A stretch of DNA of 56,826 nucleotides. It comes from Solirubrobacteraceae bacterium (lineage in GTDB: Bacteria > Actinomycetota > Thermoleophilia > Solirubrobacterales > Solirubrobacteraceae). Under the pieces are notes generated by a model that was given only the letters and a program-made list of their open reading frames with translations, did not search any database and had not been told where the DNA came from. The stretch is from the NCBI GenBank assembly GCA_035508995.1, contig DATJMB010000173.1:1-56826 (forward strand), written 5' to 3'. A program made the translations under genes and the position numbers. This document shows positions 44,735-55,497 of this stretch, in pieces (positions within the stretch are counted from its first letter, which is position 1; every line of letters begins with the position of its first letter).

Positions 44735-45498
44735 GCGGTCACCGGCGTCGGTGTGAGGGAGAGAGCCGAGGTGTCGAGGCCGAGGTCCGCGGGGGTGACG
44801 ATCTCCATCTGCCGTCCATGAGCGTCGCAGAAGCAGCGCGCGATGCGCTCGCGAAAGGCATCCGGATCAACGGCGCGGTCGGCCGGGAGCTCGTGGGAGA
44901 GGGAGGTCATCTGGACGTCGGGCAGGCCGCAGGGGACGACCCAGGTGAAGGGGGAGAGGTCGTTGTCGACGTTGACGGCGAAGCCGTGGGTGGAGACACC
45001 ACGGGAGACGTGGACGCCGATGGAGGCGATCTTGCGATCCTGGCCCCCTTCGGCGACAGGGACCCAGACGCCCGTGTAGTCGGGGCCCTCCTGGCAGCGG
45101 GAGCGTGCCTCCAGCCCCTCTTCGGCTAGAGCGGCGACGATGGCGGCTTCCATGGTGCGCAGGTGCCGGCCGATGTCGGTGAGGGCCATGATCGGATAGC
45201 CGACGAGCTGGCCGGGGCCGTGGTAGGTGAGGCGGCCGCCGCGGTCGGTGTCCACGATGTCGATGCCGCGGTCGCTGTAGAAGCGCTCGGGGAAGGGCAG
45301 CTCCTGGGCGCCGGAGCGGCGGCCGCGGGTGTAGACGGGGGGATGTTCGAGCAGCAGGAGGGTGTCGGGGATCGCGCCGGACTGGCGGCGAGCGCGGAGA
45401 TCTTGCTGGATGGCGAGGGCGTCACGGTAGGGGATCGTGCCGAGGTGGCAGACTGCGAGTTCACCGCACCCGTTCGATGGCTGGTAGATCTCATCCAT
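44731..45498 (-). CDS. lipB: Octanoyltransferase
   Basis: LLEHPPVYTRG, DRGGRLTYHGPGQLVGYPI, KIASIG, HGFAVN, PCG. Confidence 0.96.
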   Translation of the reverse strand: MDEIYQPSNGCGELAVCHLGTIPYRDALAIQQDLRARRQSGAIPDTLLLLEHPPVYTRGRRSGAQELPFPERFYSDRGIDIVDTDRGGRLTYHGPGQLVGYPIMALTDIGRHLRTMEAAIVAALAEEGLEARSRCQEGPDYTGVWVPVAEGGQDRKIASIGVHVSRGVSTHGFAVNVDNDLSPFTWVVPCGLPDVQMTSLSHELPADRAVDPDAFRERIARCFCDAHGRQMEIVTPADLGLDTSALSLTPTPVTA

Positions 45499-45610
45499 TG
45501 GCAGCTCTCTTCAGCCTAGCGTCGGCGCGCGGCGGTCGATGACGGCGGGCCATGCGACCGATGGGGGACCTATTGTGGCCGTGAGCTAAGCAACTCGGCA
45601 AGCTGACGAT

Positions 45611-46393
45611 ATGGACCCTCGGCACCCTCGCAAGTCATGGCCTGGCGACCGGCTCACGCTCCTCTTGACCGTTGCCACTCTCGCTGGCGCCGTCGTCGGA
45701 ACGGGCGGTGTGCTCGTCATCGATACAGGCCGCGCCGAGGCGAGCACGTTCGTGAGGACACCCGGCGAAGCGGCGCCGACGGACGCACAGGAACGCCAGC
45801 GGCGGCGGCGCGCACGGACGGCTCGCAAGACACATACGTCGACCTCCGAGCTGGCGACGGCCGTCGCGACGAGTGTCGCGGCCGTCGTTGCGATCCTCGC
45901 GTTGCTCGGCGCTGGTGTGACGATCAGGGACAACCGCCGGGCTGGCCGTCAGCGGGCCACCTTCGAATCGGTTGCCCGCCTGGAAGATCCTCATCTGCTC
46001 GAGTGCAAGTCGGTGACGTCCGCGTTCCTGCGCTGCGGTCTGCGGCCGCCGAGCATCGCGGAGGCCGCTTGGAGGGAGATGAACGACGATGCCCGTCGCG
46101 CTGCCACAGCGACGCTGTGGGAGGAGCTGAAGGGTTCACCCTGGCTTGCGGACCGCGAACTGGTTCAGCGGATTCAGGCGTTCCCCAACCTCCTGGAGGG
46201 TGTCGCGGGGATGTACAACGACGATCTGCTCGACACCGAGATCGTGGAAGCGCAGGTCTCCTGGATTGCGTGGAACTTCTGGCAAGAGGGCGAGTGGTGG
46301 ATCGCGAAAGTGAAATCCGAAGACGGCAACGCATTCGCGGAGATCGAGACGATGGTGGGACGGCTCCGGGCCCGATCCGGCTCATCCGAGTAG
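45611..46393 (+). CDS. Membrane-anchored hypothetical protein, DUF4760-like
   Basis: Two hydrophobic segments, then NLLEGVAGMYNDDLLD...NFW...WIAK...FAEIETM; opposite strand to flanking genes; start uncertain. Confidence 0.6.
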   Translation: MDPRHPRKSWPGDRLTLLLTVATLAGAVVGTGGVLVIDTGRAEASTFVRTPGEAAPTDAQERQRRRRARTARKTHTSTSELATAVATSVAAVVAILALLGAGVTIRDNRRAGRQRATFESVARLEDPHLLECKSVTSAFLRCGLRPPSIAEAAWREMNDDARRAATATLWEELKGSPWLADRELVQRIQAFPNLLEGVAGMYNDDLLDTEIVEAQVSWIAWNFWQEGEWWIAKVKSEDGNAFAEIETMVGRLRARSGSSE

Positions 46394-46485
46394 CGCAGGG
46401 CCCGCCCCGTGGCTCGTCTCCGCCAGGCGGTTGGGGGGCTATACTCGTCTCATGGGTCCACGTCCCGGCCTCTGAGAAGCAGCCC

Positions 46486-47883
46486 CTACAGTGTCAAAGC
46501 CGCCGGTGCTTGCAGCAGCTCGCGGATGCGGGCCAGGAACTGGGCGGCGTCGGCGCCGTAGAGGATGCGGTGATCGCAGGCCAGCGTGACGGTCATCGTC
46601 TGGCGCGCCACGATCTCGCCCTCGCGCACCACCGCTCGCGGGGCGACCGCGCCAACAGAGAGGATCGCAGCCTGGGGCGGGTTGACGATCGCGGTGAAGC
46701 TGGCGATGCCGTACATGCCCAGGTTTGACACCGTGAACGTGCCCCCGCCGAGCTCCGGCGGGGTGATCGTGCCCTCACGCACCTTCGCCGCCAGCGCTCT
46801 GGCCTCACGGGAGATCTCGCCGAGCGCCTTGAGGTCGGCGTCGAACACGGTGGGCACCACGAGCGCTCCTCCGGCCGGGCCCTCCCCCTCCCCCTCGACC
46901 GCCACCGCCACGCCGACGTTCACGCGCGAGTGCAGTTGCAGGCGCCCGTCGCGGTAGCTGGAGTTCGCGCGAGGGTGCTCGCGCAGGGCCAGCGCGCAGG
47001 CCTTGACGACCATGTCGTTGTACGTCGGCACGGCATCCGTCGCGTGCTGCTTGAGCTGGGCGCGCAGCTTCGCGCACTCCTCCATGTCCACGTCCATCGC
47101 CAGCGCGAAGTGAGGCACGGTGGCCTTCGACTCCGCCATCCGCCTGGCGATCGTCTGCTGGGTGCGGGTGAGCTCGACCTCGGTGCTCTCTCCCTTGGCC
47201 GTCGCCACGCTCGTGAGGCCGCCCGCCGGGGCTGTTGTGGGTGCAGAGGGGCTTGGCGCCTGCTGTGCGGCTCCGAGGGCTGCGGCGGCGGTGGTATCGG
47301 CCTGCGCCGCAGATGCGCCTGTCCCGCCGCCGGCCGCGAGCACGTCCGCCTTGACGATCCGCCCACCCGGGCCGCTGCCGGCGAGGCCGTGCAGATCGAC
47401 CCCCTGCTCCGCCGCGAGCCGCCGCGCGAGCGGGGAGGCCTTCACGCGCTCGCCCGTGTCCGTGGGACCGCTCTCAGGTGGGGGAGGCTCAGGCGGGGCG
47501 GACTCGGCGGGGGGCGGCGCGGCACCGGATGCAGACGCCCCTGGGCTCGTGGACTCCTCGCGCAGCGCCTGTGCGGGGGCGCTCGCCGGAGCGGACACCG
47601 CCGGCCCGGCCGTCTCGCCTGAGCTCGCCTCGCTCGCCGCACCGGCTCCGCTCGCCTCGCCCACGTGTGCGATCAGGGTGCCCACCGGCAGCGTGTCTCC
47701 CTCGGCGGCCACGATCGAAAGCACGCCGGCGAGATCGGATTCGTAGACCATCGTCGCCTTGTCGGTCTCGATCTCCACGATCTCCTGGCCCCGCGCGATC
47801 TCATCGCCGTCGGCCACCAGCCAGCGCAGGATGGTGCCCTCCTCCATCGTGTCCGACAGCCGCGGCATCACGAGCTCGGCCAT
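46486..47883 (-). CDS. pdhC: Dihydrolipoamide acetyltransferase (E2)
   Basis: MPRLSDTMEEG, EIETDKA, KASPLARRLA, GSGPGGRI, FTVSNLG, DHRILYG. Confidence 0.94.
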   Translation of the reverse strand: MAELVMPRLSDTMEEGTILRWLVADGDEIARGQEIVEIETDKATMVYESDLAGVLSIVAAEGDTLPVGTLIAHVGEASGAGAASEASSGETAGPAVSAPASAPAQALREESTSPGASASGAAPPPAESAPPEPPPPESGPTDTGERVKASPLARRLAAEQGVDLHGLAGSGPGGRIVKADVLAAGGGTGASAAQADTTAAAALGAAQQAPSPSAPTTAPAGGLTSVATAKGESTEVELTRTQQTIARRMAESKATVPHFALAMDVDMEECAKLRAQLKQHATDAVPTYNDMVVKACALALREHPRANSSYRDGRLQLHSRVNVGVAVAVEGEGEGPAGGALVVPTVFDADLKALGEISREARALAAKVREGTITPPELGGGTFTVSNLGMYGIASFTAIVNPPQAAILSVGAVAPRAVVREGEIVARQTMTVTLACDHRILYGADAAQFLARIRELLQAPAALTL

Positions 47884-48881
47884 CAGGCGGCCCCCGCCGT
47901 CTGCCCGAGCGTTGCCAGGGCGGCGTCCATGACCTGGGGCTCGTGCGGGTAGGCGATGTCCTCGAGCGGCTTGGAGTAGGGCATCGGCACGTCCGCTCCC
48001 GAGACCCGCGCCACCGGCGCGTCGAGGTCGTCGAAGGCGTGCTCCGCTATCAGCGCCGCGAGGTTCGCGCCCACGCCGCCATGGGGCCAGCCCTCCTCCA
48101 CCACCACACAGCGGTTGGTCTTGCGCACGGAGTCGAGGATCGTGTCGAGGTCCAGCGGCCGCAGCGTGCGGGGGTCGATCACCTCCGCCTGCACCTCGTG
48201 CTCCCGCGCGAGCCGCGCGGCAGCCCGTTCGCACGTGAGCGCCATGCGCGAGACGCCCACGATCGTCACGTCCGTCCCCTCCCGGCAGATCCGCGCCTGG
48301 CCGAAGGGCACCAGCGTCTCGGGGTCCTCGGGCACCACGCCGCGCACCCCGTAGAGGGACTCGTGCTCGATGAAGATCACCGGGTTCTCGTCGCGGATCG
48401 CGCTCTTGAGCAGCCCCTTCGCGTCGGCCGCCGTCGCCGGCACGGCCACCAGCAGGCCCGGCACGTGCAGGAACATCGCCTCCAGGCAGTGCGAGTGGGT
48501 GGGTCCGAGCTGGTGGCCCGCGCCCTGGGGCATGCGGATCGTGAGCGGCACGGAGACGTGGCCGCCGAACATGTAGCGGATGTGGGCCGCGTGGTTGACG
48601 ATCTGATCGAAGGCCAGCAGCGAGAAGTTGATCGTCATCAGCTCCACCACCGGCCGCAGGCCCGTCATCGCACCGCCCACCCCCATGCCCACGATCGTGT
48701 TCTCGGAGATCGGCGTGTCCCGCACGCGGCGCTCGCCGAAGCGCTCGAGCAGCCCCTCGGTCACCTTGAAGGAGCCGCCGAACACGCCGATGTCCTCGCC
48801 CATCAGCACCACCCGCTCGTCGCGCGCGAGCTCCTCGGCCAGCGCCGCGTTCAGCGCTTCGCGGTAGCGCAGCTCGCTCAT
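47883..48881 (-). CDS. pdhB: Pyruvate dehydrogenase E1 beta
   Basis: MGEDIG, DTPISE, RPVVELM, HSHCLE, IDPRTLRPLD. Confidence 0.94.
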   Translation of the reverse strand: MSELRYREALNAALAEELARDERVVLMGEDIGVFGGSFKVTEGLLERFGERRVRDTPISENTIVGMGVGGAMTGLRPVVELMTINFSLLAFDQIVNHAAHIRYMFGGHVSVPLTIRMPQGAGHQLGPTHSHCLEAMFLHVPGLLVAVPATAADAKGLLKSAIRDENPVIFIEHESLYGVRGVVPEDPETLVPFGQARICREGTDVTIVGVSRMALTCERAAARLAREHEVQAEVIDPRTLRPLDLDTILDSVRKTNRCVVVEEGWPHGGVGANLAALIAEHAFDDLDAPVARVSGADVPMPYSKPLEDIAYPHEPQVMDAALATLGQTAGAA

Positions 48882-48924
48882 CGCCGCGCTCCTGGCGGCG
48901 TCACCGCACCTGAGCGAGGCCCGC

Positions 48925-49926
48925 TCACTGGTGATACCGCCCGTGCACCTGGCCCTCGAGCACGTACACGTCCTCGTACAGCGACTCGGGCGCCGGGAAG
49001 GGGGACTCCTCGGCGAACGCCACCGCCCGCTCGACCCGCTCCTGCGCCTCGCGCTCGATCCGCTCGCGTCCCGCATCGTCGAGCATGCCCTCCGCTTCCA
49101 GCAGCGCGCCGAACTGCGGGATCGGGTCGCGCTCGCGCCAGTGCGCCACCTCCTCCTTGGTGCGGTACTCCTCGGGATCGGCCATCGAGTGCCCGCGAAA
49201 GCGGTAGGTGATCGCCTCCACGAGCAGCGGCCGGCGCTCCTCGCGCACCCGTTGCAGGGTCTCGCTCACCACCCTGTGGGTGTCGAGCACGTCCATCCCG
49301 TCGCAGCTCGTGCCCGGCACCCCGAGCGACTCTCCCTTGCGCTGCAGGTCGGTGACGGCGGAGTGGCGCTCGATCGAGGTGCCCATGCCGAACTGGTTGT
49401 TGACGACCATGAACAGCACCGGCAGCCGCCACAGCGCCGCGAGGTTGAGCGTTTCCCCGAAGGTGCCCTGGTTGGAGGCCCCGTCGCCGAACGCGCACAG
49501 CGTCACCTCGTCGCGTCCCAGGTAGTCGCTGGCGAGACCGATGCCGGCCCCGATCGGCAGGTTGCCGCCGACGATCCCGTAGCCGCCCATGAAGCGCCGC
49601 TCGTAGTCGAACATGTGCATCGAGCCGCCGTGCCCGCCGCAGCAGCCCCCCACACGGCCGAACAGCTCCGCCATCACCCGCTCGGGCGGCGTGCCCCGGG
49701 CGATCGCGTTGCCGTGGGAGCGGTAGGTGGAGATCAGATAGTCCTGCTCGCGCAGCGCCCGCGCCGAGCCCACGATCGTGGCCTCCTCGCCGATCGAGAG
49801 GTGCAGGAAGCCGCCGATCTTCGCCCGCGCGTACATCTCCCCGGCGCGCTCCTCGAAGCGCCGGATCAGCGTCATGCTCGCCAGCCACTCGCGCGCGATC
49901 TCGGGCTCGGGCAGGGATGCCGTCAC
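48925..49926 (-). CDS. pdhA: Pyruvate dehydrogenase E1 alpha
   Basis: IGGFLHLSIGEEA, GGSMH, FGDGASNQG...NN, TYRFRGHSMADP. Confidence 0.95.
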   Translation of the reverse strand: MTASLPEPEIAREWLASMTLIRRFEERAGEMYARAKIGGFLHLSIGEEATIVGSARALREQDYLISTYRSHGNAIARGTPPERVMAELFGRVGGCCGGHGGSMHMFDYERRFMGGYGIVGGNLPIGAGIGLASDYLGRDEVTLCAFGDGASNQGTFGETLNLAALWRLPVLFMVVNNQFGMGTSIERHSAVTDLQRKGESLGVPGTSCDGMDVLDTHRVVSETLQRVREERRPLLVEAITYRFRGHSMADPEEYRTKEEVAHWRERDPIPQFGALLEAEGMLDDAGRERIEREAQERVERAVAFAEESPFPAPESLYEDVYVLEGQVHGRYHQ

Positions 49927-50162
49927 GCCTGCACCGTAGCCCAGCGGTCGACGAACTCCTCCGCCGGCAGCTGCGCGAGGTCCGCCCGCAGCGCCCGCGC
50001 CATGCGCGAGGCCTGTCGCGGCGGGCAGTCCCAGAACAGCACCACTTCGCCGCTGTCGATCTCGACCACCTCGATGTGGTCCACCCGCTCGGTGTCCGCG
50101 AGCAGCGCCGGCGTGAGTCCGCCGCGGGTGACGATCAGCCGGTAGGCGCGGTTGGCCTTCAT
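49923..50162 (-). CDS. Small hypothetical protein (79 aa)
   Basis: MKANRAYRLIVTRGG...DHIEVVEIDSGEVVLFWD; overlaps both neighbours by 4 nt. Confidence 0.7.
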   Translation of the reverse strand: MKANRAYRLIVTRGGLTPALLADTERVDHIEVVEIDSGEVVLFWDCPPRQASRMARALRADLAQLPAEEFVDRWATVQA

Positions 50163-50737
50163 CGCAGCGCCAGCGCCAGCGCCTCCGCCAAGCAGCCCTC
50201 GCCGTGCAGCACCTGGCCGTCGAGCGCCAGCGCCGGCACCTCCCGCACGCCGAGCTCGTGCGCCCGCGCGGTGCTCTGCGCCAGCCGCGCCGCGACCGAG
50301 CGCTGCTCTGCCGCCCGCAGCACCGCCGCGGGGTGCATCTCGCAGGCCGCCGCCGCGATCAGCACGTTCTCGCTCACCCCCAGCGACCGTCCGCCCGCGA
50401 ACGCCTGGCGAAAGGCGGCCTGCGCGAAGGGCACCGTGCGGCCGATCGCCTTGGCGTAGGTGGCCACCCGCATCGCCAGCGAGCTGTCGAAGGGGAAGGG
50501 ATCGGGCCAGCGCAGCGGCTGCAGGCCGAGCGCGGCGGCGCCCCGCTCGATGCTCTCCCGCGGCTCCCCCGGCGGCGCCGATCCGTCCCCGGCTTGGCGG
50601 GCCTCCCCGAGCTCCCGTGCCAGCACCGGTCGCCACTCGGCCGGCCCGGGCAGCACCTGCAGGATCTGCTCGGCGACGAGGTAGGCGGTGGGGCTCGCGA
50701 GGTCGAAGTAGAAGGCGGGGGTGGCGTCTGACGCCAC
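50159..50737 (-). CDS. DsbA/HCCA-isomerase (GST-kappa)-like protein
   Basis: FYFDLASPTAYL, WRPVL, WPDPFPFDS, AFRQAF, GVREVP. Confidence 0.82.
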   Translation of the reverse strand: MASDATPAFYFDLASPTAYLVAEQILQVLPGPAEWRPVLARELGEARQAGDGSAPPGEPRESIERGAAALGLQPLRWPDPFPFDSSLAMRVATYAKAIGRTVPFAQAAFRQAFAGGRSLGVSENVLIAAAACEMHPAAVLRAAEQRSVAARLAQSTARAHELGVREVPALALDGQVLHGEGCLAEALALALR

Positions 50738-50749
50738 GGAACGGTCACC

Positions 50750-52159
50750 TCACCCGTGGATCAGCCAGCCGTCCGCCGCACGACCTGCCTCCATCACGGC
50801 CTCCGAGAGCGTCGGGTGGCCGTGGATCGTGCGCGCCAGCTCGGGGTAGCCGCCCTCGAGCGCGCGGATGTTCACGAGCTCCTGGATCAGCTCGGTGGCG
50901 CGGGCGCCGACGATGTGCCCGCCCAGCAGCTCGCCGTAGGTGCGGTCGCCGACGAGCTTCACGAGCCCCGTGCGATCGCCGTACACGGTGCCGCCGCCCA
51001 CCGCTCCGTAGGGGACCTTGCCCACCACCACGTCGTGGCCCTGCTCGCGCGCCTGCTCCTCGGTGAGGCCAAAGGAGCCGACGTTGGGCGTGCAGAACGT
51101 CGCCCGCGGGATGTCCTCGTAGGCGATCGGGTGCGTGGCCAGGCCGGCCGCGTCCTCGACCGCGACGATGCCCTCGTCCGAGGCCTTGTGCGCGAGCGCC
51201 GGGCCCGCGACGAGATCGCCGATCGCGTACACGCCGGGTGCGCTCGTGCGCAGCGCCCCGTCCACGCGCACGAGACCCCGCTCGTCGAGCGCCACGCCCG
51301 CCGCGTCGAGCCCCAGCGCCTGCACGTCGGGCGCCCGGCCGGTGGCGATCACCAGGAAGTCGACCTCCGCGCTCTCCCCGCCGTGGGCGAAGCTCACGCC
51401 GTCATCCGAGGCCTTGACCGACTCGATCGGGGTGCCGGTGTGCACGGCGATCCCCTGCCGCTTGAGCCCTCGCTCCACGAGCCGCGATATGTCGGCGTCC
51501 TCCGCCGGCAGCACCCGCGGCAGCGCCTCCAGCAGCAGCACCTCGCTGCCCAGCCGCGCGAAGCCCGAGGCGATCTCCGCCCCCGAGGCGCCCGCCCCGA
51601 CCACCGCCAGCCGCGCCGGCAGCTGCGGCAGCGCCCACGCCTCCTCGGTGCCGAGCACCCGCCCGCCGAGCTCCACGCCGGGGATCGCCCGCGGCACCGA
51701 GCCGGCCGCGAGCACCACCGTGCCGGCCACGAGCTGCTGCTCACCCACCTGCACGCCCACGCCGCCGCCGGTGCTGCCGTTGCCCGCGCCCGCCGAGGGC
51801 GCGAGCTTCGCCTCGCCCTCGATCAGCTCGATGCCGTTCTTCTTGAACAGGCCGCCCACGCCCGAGGTGAGCGTGCCCACCACCTTCGCCCGGCGCTCCT
51901 GCACCGCCGGGTAGTCGACCTCCACGCCCGCCACGTTCAGGCCGAACTCCTTCGCGTCGCGAATCTCGCCGAGCAGGTCCGCCGAGCGCAGCACCGCCTT
52001 GGCGGGTATGCAGGCGTAGTTCAGGCACCGCCCGCCGACCTTGTCCTTCTCGATCACCGCCGTCCTCTTGCCGAGCTGCGCGGCGCGGATCGCGGCCACG
52101 TATCCGCCCGGCCCGGAGCCGATCACGATGCAGTCATATGACGTCTCGGCCATCTCCAT
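50750..52159 (-). CDS. lpdA: Dihydrolipoamide dehydrogenase (E3)
   Basis: GSGPGGYVAAIRAAQLG, CLNYACIP, ATGRAP, AIGDL, LAHKAS, HPTLSE. Confidence 0.95.
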   Translation of the reverse strand: MEMAETSYDCIVIGSGPGGYVAAIRAAQLGKRTAVIEKDKVGGRCLNYACIPAKAVLRSADLLGEIRDAKEFGLNVAGVEVDYPAVQERRAKVVGTLTSGVGGLFKKNGIELIEGEAKLAPSAGAGNGSTGGGVGVQVGEQQLVAGTVVLAAGSVPRAIPGVELGGRVLGTEEAWALPQLPARLAVVGAGASGAEIASGFARLGSEVLLLEALPRVLPAEDADISRLVERGLKRQGIAVHTGTPIESVKASDDGVSFAHGGESAEVDFLVIATGRAPDVQALGLDAAGVALDERGLVRVDGALRTSAPGVYAIGDLVAGPALAHKASDEGIVAVEDAAGLATHPIAYEDIPRATFCTPNVGSFGLTEEQAREQGHDVVVGKVPYGAVGGGTVYGDRTGLVKLVGDRTYGELLGGHIVGARATELIQELVNIRALEGGYPELARTIHGHPTLSEAVMEAGRAADGWLIHG

Positions 52160-52166
52160 CCTGAGC

Positions 52167-52607
52167 CTATCGATCCCCGGCTTGCAGGCGTCCCATCACC
52201 GATATCAGCTTCCAGAAGAGCCAGCCCGCGAGCACGATCGAGACCAGGCAGAAGACCGCCGCGAGCCACGTCGAGGCGACCACCAGCGCCAGCGAGGTGA
52301 CGATGACCTGAAAGGCCAGCAGCGCCTCGAAGCCGAGCACCGCCCAGTAGCGCCGGCCGTACATGCCCCACGCGAGCAGCGCGAGGATCGCCGCTATGAA
52401 CAGGCCACCCGGCAGCGAGCCGCCGTGGTCGCGCAGGCCGTGGACAGTCAGCGCGCCGACGATCACCGCCAGCGCGAGCAGCGCCGCGACCGCCACCGCC
52501 ACGAGCAGCGCCGCCGGGCGCTCGTCGGGCCCGAGCGGCGTGAGTCGCGCCCGCGCCCGCTCCTCCCGCGCCGCCGAGCGCGAGCCGCCCCCGTTCGCCT
52601 CGCTCAC
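52167..52607 (-). CDS. Membrane protein (~4 TM)
   Basis: GTGA overlap with thiE; hydrophobic; RYWAVLGFEALL, FWKLISVMGRLQ. Confidence 0.7.
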   Translation of the reverse strand: MSEANGGGSRSAAREERARARLTPLGPDERPAALLVAVAVAALLALAVIVGALTVHGLRDHGGSLPGGLFIAAILALLAWGMYGRRYWAVLGFEALLAFQVIVTSLALVVASTWLAAVFCLVSIVLAGWLFWKLISVMGRLQAGDR

Positions 52608-53299
52608 GACGCCACCGCCACGTCGGCGCCCAGCGCGCCCCGCAGCTCTCGCGCCGCCGCCTCCGGGTCGGGCGCCTGGGCGATCGCCCGCAGCACGCAC
52701 ACCCGCGTGGCGCCCGCCTCCGCCACCTCGCGCGCGTTGCCCGCGTCGATCCCCCCGATCGCAAAGAAGGGCAAGGAGGCGTGGCCGGCGGCGTAGCGCA
52801 CCAGCTCGAGGCCCACGGCCGGCCGGCCGAGCTTCGTCGGCGTGGCGTGCACCGGCCCCACGCCGATGTAGTCCGGCGCTCCGGGGTCTCCGCCGCCCGC
52901 AGCGGCCTGCGCGGCGGCGTCTATCTCGGCGGGCGCGTGCGTGGAGAGGCCGACGAGCATCTCCGCTCCCACCAGCGCGCGGGCCTGCGCCACCGGCATG
53001 TCCTCCTGGCCCACGTGCACGCCGTCCGCGCCCGCCTCCCGCGCCAGCAGCGGGTCGTCGTTGACCACGAACAGGGCACCGAGGCGCGCGCACAGCTCCC
53101 GCGCCTGCAGTGCCAGCGCCAGCAGCGCCTGGCGCTGGCCCTGCTTCTCGCGCAGCTGCACCACGTCCACGCCGCCCGCGATCGCCCCCGGCAGCACCTC
53201 CGCGAGCCCCCGCCCGCCGGGTCTGCCGTCGCAAACCAGGTACAGCCGCGCGGCGTCAAGGCGCGCGCGCCGCGCGGCTAGCTGCTCGGAGACGGCCAT
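52604..53299 (-). CDS. thiE: Thiamine-phosphate synthase
   Basis: RLYLV, VVQLREK, VVND, DGVHVGQED, GLSTH, TPTK, AIGGID. Confidence 0.95.
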   Translation of the reverse strand: MAVSEQLAARRARLDAARLYLVCDGRPGGRGLAEVLPGAIAGGVDVVQLREKQGQRQALLALALQARELCARLGALFVVNDDPLLAREAGADGVHVGQEDMPVAQARALVGAEMLVGLSTHAPAEIDAAAQAAAGGGDPGAPDYIGVGPVHATPTKLGRPAVGLELVRYAAGHASLPFFAIGGIDAGNAREVAEAGATRVCVLRAIAQAPDPEAAARELRGALGADVAVAS

Positions 53300-53346
53300 C
53301 GCCGCAGTCTCGCACGCGGGGCGCGGACGCGGACTAGCATCAATCC

Positions 53347-54453
53347 ATGATCGCAAGCGGCGAAAGGAGCGACGTGACGATCGTGGGCGGCGGCATCGCC
53401 GGGCTCGCCTGCGCGTGGCGGGCATCGCGGGCGGGGCTCTCGGTTACGCTGCTCGAGCGCGACGAGCTTGGCCGGGGGGCCTCGCACGTGGCGGCCGGCA
53501 TGCTCGCGCCGGTTGCCGAGGCGGAGTTCGGCGAGGCGGGCCGGCGTTTGCTGGAGCTGGGCATGCGCTCCGCGGCCCTGTGGCCGGCGTTCGCGCGCGA
53601 GCTCGAGCAGGCCAGCGGCACCGGCGTGGACCTGCTGCCCACGGGCACGCTCGTGGTGGCACGCGACGACGACGAGGCCCGCGAGCTCGAGCGCCAGCTG
53701 GCCTTTCGCCACTCCCTGGGACTGCCCGCCGAGCGCCTGCGCGCGAGCGCCGCCCGCGAGCGCGAGCCCGCGCTGGCGCCCACCGTGCGCCTGGCGATGG
53801 AGGCCCCCGGCGATCACTGCGTCGATCCCCGCCTCGTGCTGGCCGCGCTGCGCGGCGCCTGCGAGCGAGCGGGCGTGGCGATCCGCGAGCACAGCCCCGT
53901 CGCGGCGCTCGAGCTGGACGGCGCCGGCGCGCGCGTGAACGGGGTGCGGCTGGCCGGCGGCGAGCGCATCGACGCCGCGCTGGTGGTGCTCGCCGCGGGC
54001 GCCTGGAGCGCCCAGGTCGAGGGCCTGCCCGCACACGCCCGCATCGCCGTGCGGCCCGTGAAGGGCCAGATCCTGCGCCTGCGCGACCCGTCCGGCCCGG
54101 GCCTGCTCAGGAGGGTGCTGCGCTTTCAGGGCGGCTACCTCGTGCCCCGCGGCGACGGCCGCTACGTGCTCGGCGCGACGGTCGAGGAGCGGGGCTTCGA
54201 GCTCGCGCCCACCGCCGGCGCCGTGTACGAGCTGCTGCGCGACGCCAGCGAGCTGCTGCCGGGGATCGACGAGCTGCAGATCGAGGAGCTCTCGGTGGGG
54301 CTGCGTCCCGGCACGCCCGACAACACGCCCGCGATCGGCCCCGGCGCCGTCGAGGGCCTCGTGTGGGCCACCGGCCACCACCGCAACGGCATCCTGCTCG
54401 CGCCGCTCACCGCCGAGCTCGTGGTGGAGGCGCTCGCGGGGGTCCCCGCGTGA
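53347..54453 (+). CDS. thiO: Glycine oxidase
   Basis: GGGIAG, ASHVAAGML, RPVKGQ, GLRPGTPDN, GHHRNGILLAP. Confidence 0.95.
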   Translation: MIASGERSDVTIVGGGIAGLACAWRASRAGLSVTLLERDELGRGASHVAAGMLAPVAEAEFGEAGRRLLELGMRSAALWPAFARELEQASGTGVDLLPTGTLVVARDDDEARELERQLAFRHSLGLPAERLRASAAREREPALAPTVRLAMEAPGDHCVDPRLVLAALRGACERAGVAIREHSPVAALELDGAGARVNGVRLAGGERIDAALVVLAAGAWSAQVEGLPAHARIAVRPVKGQILRLRDPSGPGLLRRVLRFQGGYLVPRGDGRYVLGATVEERGFELAPTAGAVYELLRDASELLPGIDELQIEELSVGLRPGTPDNTPAIGPGAVEGLVWATGHHRNGILLAPLTAELVVEALAGVPA

Positions 54454-54650
54454 TCGTCAACGGCGAGCCGCGCGAGATCCCCGCCGGCGAGACGGTGCTC
54501 GCGCTGCTGCACGATCTGGGCCTCGACGAGCACGCCCGGGGGGTGGCGGTGGCGGTCGACGGCGAGGTGCTGCCGCGGGCGCGCTGGGAGGCCTTCGCGC
54601 TACCCGCCGACGCTCGCGTGGAGGTGCTCACCGCGATGCAGGGAGGGTGA
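54450..54650 (+). CDS. thiS: Sulfur carrier protein
   Basis: VIVNGE...VAVAVDGEV...EVLTAMQGG with C-terminal GG; GTGA overlap. Confidence 0.95.
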   Translation: MIVNGEPREIPAGETVLALLHDLGLDEHARGVAVAVDGEVLPRARWEAFALPADARVEVLTAMQGG

Positions 54651-55466
<816 letters not shown>

Positions 55467-55497
55467 CGTTTGTGGCGGCGCGGCGTGTGGGTGCTTC

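Noticed and set aside
53310-53330. cgcacgcggggcgc as a fifth copy of the CG repeat
   Set aside because: Too short and lacks the A-tract and flanks.
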